A DNA stretch of 61,379 nucleotides, the filler included, from an uncultured Myxococcia bacterium (lineage in GTDB: Bacteria; CAZTWC01): assembly GCA_964617105.1 (NCBI GenBank). It is 5 parts of 5 records of this genome, joined end to end, with 100 filler letters (N's around TTAATTAATTAA, not from the genome) between each part and the next. Parts side by side here need not be neighbours in the genome. Positions count along the whole stretch, not along the records: positions 49,377 to 61,379 come from CAZTWC010000099.1; 4 more parts are not named here. One strand, written 5' to 3'. This document shows, one piece after another, positions 58,968-61,379 of the stretch (the stretch's first letter is position 1; the number at the start of each line of letters is the position of its first letter). The position numbers and the translations under genes were made by a program. Under the pieces are notes generated by a model, which did no database searches, was not told the origin of the DNA, and was given only the letters and a program-made list of their open reading frames with translations.

Positions 58968-60965
58968 ATGAGGACCAGGAAAGAACACAACCGAAAAACG
59001 AACCGGCAAGAAAAAGAGGTACTTCGATGCGCCATCTACGTCCGCAAGAGCACCACCGAGAACCTGGATATGGACTTCAACTCCCTGGATGCCCAACGGG
59101 AGGCCTGCGAGGCTTATATCAAGAGCCAGAGGCACGAAGGTTGGGAACTGGTACCCGAAGAATATTCAGACGGTGGATTCTCTGGTGGTAACCTGGAGCG
59201 ACCAGGACTGAAGAAACTCCTTGTCCACATTGAGGCTGGTCTGATCGACATTATTGTCTGTTACAAACTGGATCGTCTTTCCCGCTCACTGCTGGACTTC
59301 GCTCAACTTATCAGACTATTTGAGGGTTATGGTGTCTCCTTTGTCAGCGTAACCCAGGCGTTTTCCACTAAAACATCCATGGGGCGCTTAACCCTGAATA
59401 TGCTTCTATCCTTTGCCCAATTCGAGCGGGACCTAATCTCGGAGAGAACGTCAGACAAGATGAGCGCCGCCCGTCGCAAAGGTAAATGGACCGGTGGCAC
59501 CCCGGTTTTGGGTTACGACGTGGCTAAAGAGGGCGGTAAAATCATTGTAAATTCAGAGGAGGCCAGGCAGGTCAGAGCAATTTATGATCTGTATTTATCC
59601 CATAGATCACTTACCCAGACCGCCAGGGAACTAAATCAGCGCGGTTGGTGCACCAAGACCTGGAGAACCAAAAAGGGTCACATCCACCAGGGGAAAAGAT
59701 TCAGCAAAACTAACCTGTCAGCCTTGCTGAGCAACGTTCTTTACGTTGGCAAGATCTCTCTGCGGGGAGAGGTTTTTGAGGGTGAGCACCAGGCTATCAT
59801 TGACGAGGAGGTTTTCGAGCAGGTGCAGGCAGTTTTGAAGTTGAACCGCACCTGGGGTTGGAGCAGTGATTGTGGCTATGGCAATAATGGTGACTGTGAC
59901 AGTGGTGGCGGCAGTGGCAGCCAAAAAAATGGTCCCCAGCCTCGACCCAGACCCAGAATCAAACATGGTGCGCTACTTGGCGGTTTGCTCTTCTGCCAGA
60001 GTTGCAACACTGCCATGACCCTCAGTTCAACTACCAAGAAAAATAAGCGCTACCGTTATTATGTCTGCACCCGGGCGCAAAAAGAGGGTTACCAGAGTTG
60101 CTCCTCTCCAACTAAATCGCTGCCGGCAGCGGATATCGAAAAATTTGTAGTCAACAAAATTGGGGAGATCGGCAAGAACAAAGATTTGCTAAAGGAGACC
60201 TGTCATCAGGCTAAGCAGGAACAAAAACGGAGGATTACTCACCTGGAGAAAGAGGCTCAGTATCTGGAAAAGGATCTCCGGCGAGTTAATCGAAAAATGG
60301 GAGCAATGGCTGGGAAAATTGACAACAGTAGCTGCAGTGGCGGCATTAGCAACAATGGCGGCGGTGACGGCTGTGGCGGCGGTGACGGCTGTGGCGGCGG
60401 TGCAACCAGGTATAGCAGTGGCAACATGAGCAGGGGGCGCGATGATAATATTCCTGGTAATTCTGAGTCTATAACTGTAGCGGTGCCAACAACGACTGCG
60501 GTGTCTCACCTGACTGATCTGCAAGAGCAAATGGCAAATTTACAGCGCCAGCGGTTAGAAATCCAGGAGCAACTGCAACACCTGCGGGCAGGGGAGAAGA
60601 AAATAAATCCAAATGCCCTCGGAAAGGCCTTGCGACAGTTCACACCAATTTGGGATGTTCTAACGCCCCGAGAACGAAGTCGGCTCCTGAATTTACTGAT
60701 AACCAGAGTCAGTTTTGATGGTCAGTCTAAAAAAATATTTATCACCTTCAGTCCAGAGGGGATGGAACTTTTTGCAAATGCAAATACAAATGCAAATGTT
60801 AATTCTAATACCAATGCTGCTGCTAATGCTAATCCCAATATAGGTACTGCTGCAAATACAAATACAAATACAAATGACACCGCCGTTAATAAGTCCAAAA
60901 TAAAAACAGGGGATAACAGGAACAGGAACAGGAGGAACAACAGTGGGACAAACAGTGGAACATAA
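58968..60965 (+). CDS. Large serine recombinase (resolvase + recombinase + Zn-ribbon domains)
   Basis: CAIYVRKST (catalytic Ser), DGGFSGGNLERPGL, KLDRLSRS, FAQFERDLISER, LLFCQSC...YYVC, coiled coil. Confidence 0.95.
   Translation: MRTRKEHNRKTNRQEKEVLRCAIYVRKSTTENLDMDFNSLDAQREACEAYIKSQRHEGWELVPEEYSDGGFSGGNLERPGLKKLLVHIEAGLIDIIVCYKLDRLSRSLLDFAQLIRLFEGYGVSFVSVTQAFSTKTSMGRLTLNMLLSFAQFERDLISERTSDKMSAARRKGKWTGGTPVLGYDVAKEGGKIIVNSEEARQVRAIYDLYLSHRSLTQTARELNQRGWCTKTWRTKKGHIHQGKRFSKTNLSALLSNVLYVGKISLRGEVFEGEHQAIIDEEVFEQVQAVLKLNRTWGWSSDCGYGNNGDCDSGGGSGSQKNGPQPRPRPRIKHGALLGGLLFCQSCNTAMTLSSTTKKNKRYRYYVCTRAQKEGYQSCSSPTKSLPAADIEKFVVNKIGEIGKNKDLLKETCHQAKQEQKRRITHLEKEAQYLEKDLRRVNRKMGAMAGKIDNSSCSGGISNNGGGDGCGGGDGCGGGATRYSSGNMSRGRDDNIPGNSESITVAVPTTTAVSHLTDLQEQMANLQRQRLEIQEQLQHLRAGEKKINPNALGKALRQFTPIWDVLTPRERSRLLNLLITRVSFDGQSKKIFITFSPEGMELFANANTNANVNSNTNAAANANPNIGTAANTNTNTNDTAVNKSKIKTGDNRNRNRRNNSGTNSGT
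60357..60402 (+). repeat. 18-bp tandem repeat inside the recombinase (about 2.5 copies)
   Basis: GGCGGCGGTGACGGCTGT x2 plus GGCGGCGGTG, encoding GGGDGC repeats. Confidence 0.9.
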
Positions 60966-61379
60966 CGGATACCAGGGAGTTCATGACAACAATGAAGAGC
61001 GTGAAGACCTTAAAGATCATCAGCATCACCCCCATCCCCAAGAAGTTTCTCCTGAAATAAATCCGGAGTTCACCATTGCCTGCGAAATCGACTTTGAAAC
61101 CGGTCGTAACGGGAGGAAAAAGATCGAGGATAACGATGCCAAGGCCCAAAAAATGGTTGCCGCCAGCCGTGGTCGCATCCCCCGGATCTCCAAACTCATG
61201 GCCCTGGCAATTCACTTCGAGAGCCTGATAAAAGGCCAGGAGGTTCAGGACTATGCCGATATCGCCAGGTTGGGCGGAGTGTCCCGGGCCAGGGTAACTC
61301 AGATCATGAACCTGCTCTTACTGGCGCCGGATATCCAGGAAAAACTGTTGTTTCTACCTCGAGTCTATAAGGGCAGGGA
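60943..61379 (+). CDS. Recombinase-associated HTH protein (ParB-HTH-like), 3' truncated
   Basis: Not in ORF track. GTG 60943 follows GGAGG; reads ...GRIPRISKLMALAIHFESLIKGQEVQDYADIARLGGVSRARVTQIMNLLLLAPDIQEKLLFLP... Confidence 0.75.
   Translation, partial: MGQTVEHNGYQGVHDNNEEREDLKDHQHHPHPQEVSPEINPEFTIACEIDFETGRNGRKKIEDNDAKAQKMVAASRGRIPRISKLMALAIHFESLIKGQEVQDYADIARLGGVSRARVTQIMNLLLLAPDIQEKLLFLPRVYKGR

Larger units (their letters stand above)
49377..61379. mobile_element. Integrative element (ICE/prophage-like) fragment: recombination module, LexA/helicase/sigma regulatory module, DUF2924-serine recombinase module
   Basis: Large serine recombinase with DUF2924, phage-type AAA_24/DUF669/PD-(D/E)XK/ERCC4 genes, no housekeeping genes; element ends not visible. 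Confidence 0.85.

Overview
The window is not one locus. It is five contigs of about 12 kb, joined in descending length order by 100-nt N spacers that contain TTAATTAATTAA (gaps at 12421-12520, 24768-24867, 37030-37129 and 49277-49376). Gene order and protein families point to a low-GC deltaproteobacterial-type genome (Myxococcota/Desulfobacterota-like; inference). Contig 1: a SynChlorMet-like modification cassette (radical SAM/SPASM tail, HprK-like kinase, methyltransferase, S24/S26 peptidase-GNAT) beside two very large repeat-rich surface proteins. Contig 2: glyQ-glyS-ppdK, a PilZ/pseudo-receiver protein, two lipoproteins and a histidine kinase. Contig 3: mixed housekeeping and envelope genes (SDR, frameshifted cpaA, cpaC, tatD, DUF192, PilZ, AAA_14, feoB). 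Contig 4: rpmE-DUF1385-prfA-prmC-murA-rpsU-dnaG-rpoD-tRNA-Ile2-zinc ribbon-tRNA-Gly-AsmA/TamB. Contig 5 is part of an integrative element and is the most interesting. Its central module has lexA, with a GAAC-N4-GTTC box inside a near-consensus sigma70 promoter, and a Hel308/Ski2-like helicase with an extra OmpR-like winged-helix tail. These are followed by an 11-box GTTAG/CTAAC array, a structured leader that can hide the RBS of an ECF-like sigma gene, and the sigma gene. Two outward-facing copies of a 34-bp motif (TTAGACGGTT-N8-CTTTGCGTATTAGATA) precede the left recombination operon and the right DUF2924/serine-recombinase operon. Together these suggest a DNA-damage-triggered LexA -> helicase-activator -> sigma cascade controlling the element; the parts are visible in the sequence, the wiring is inference.
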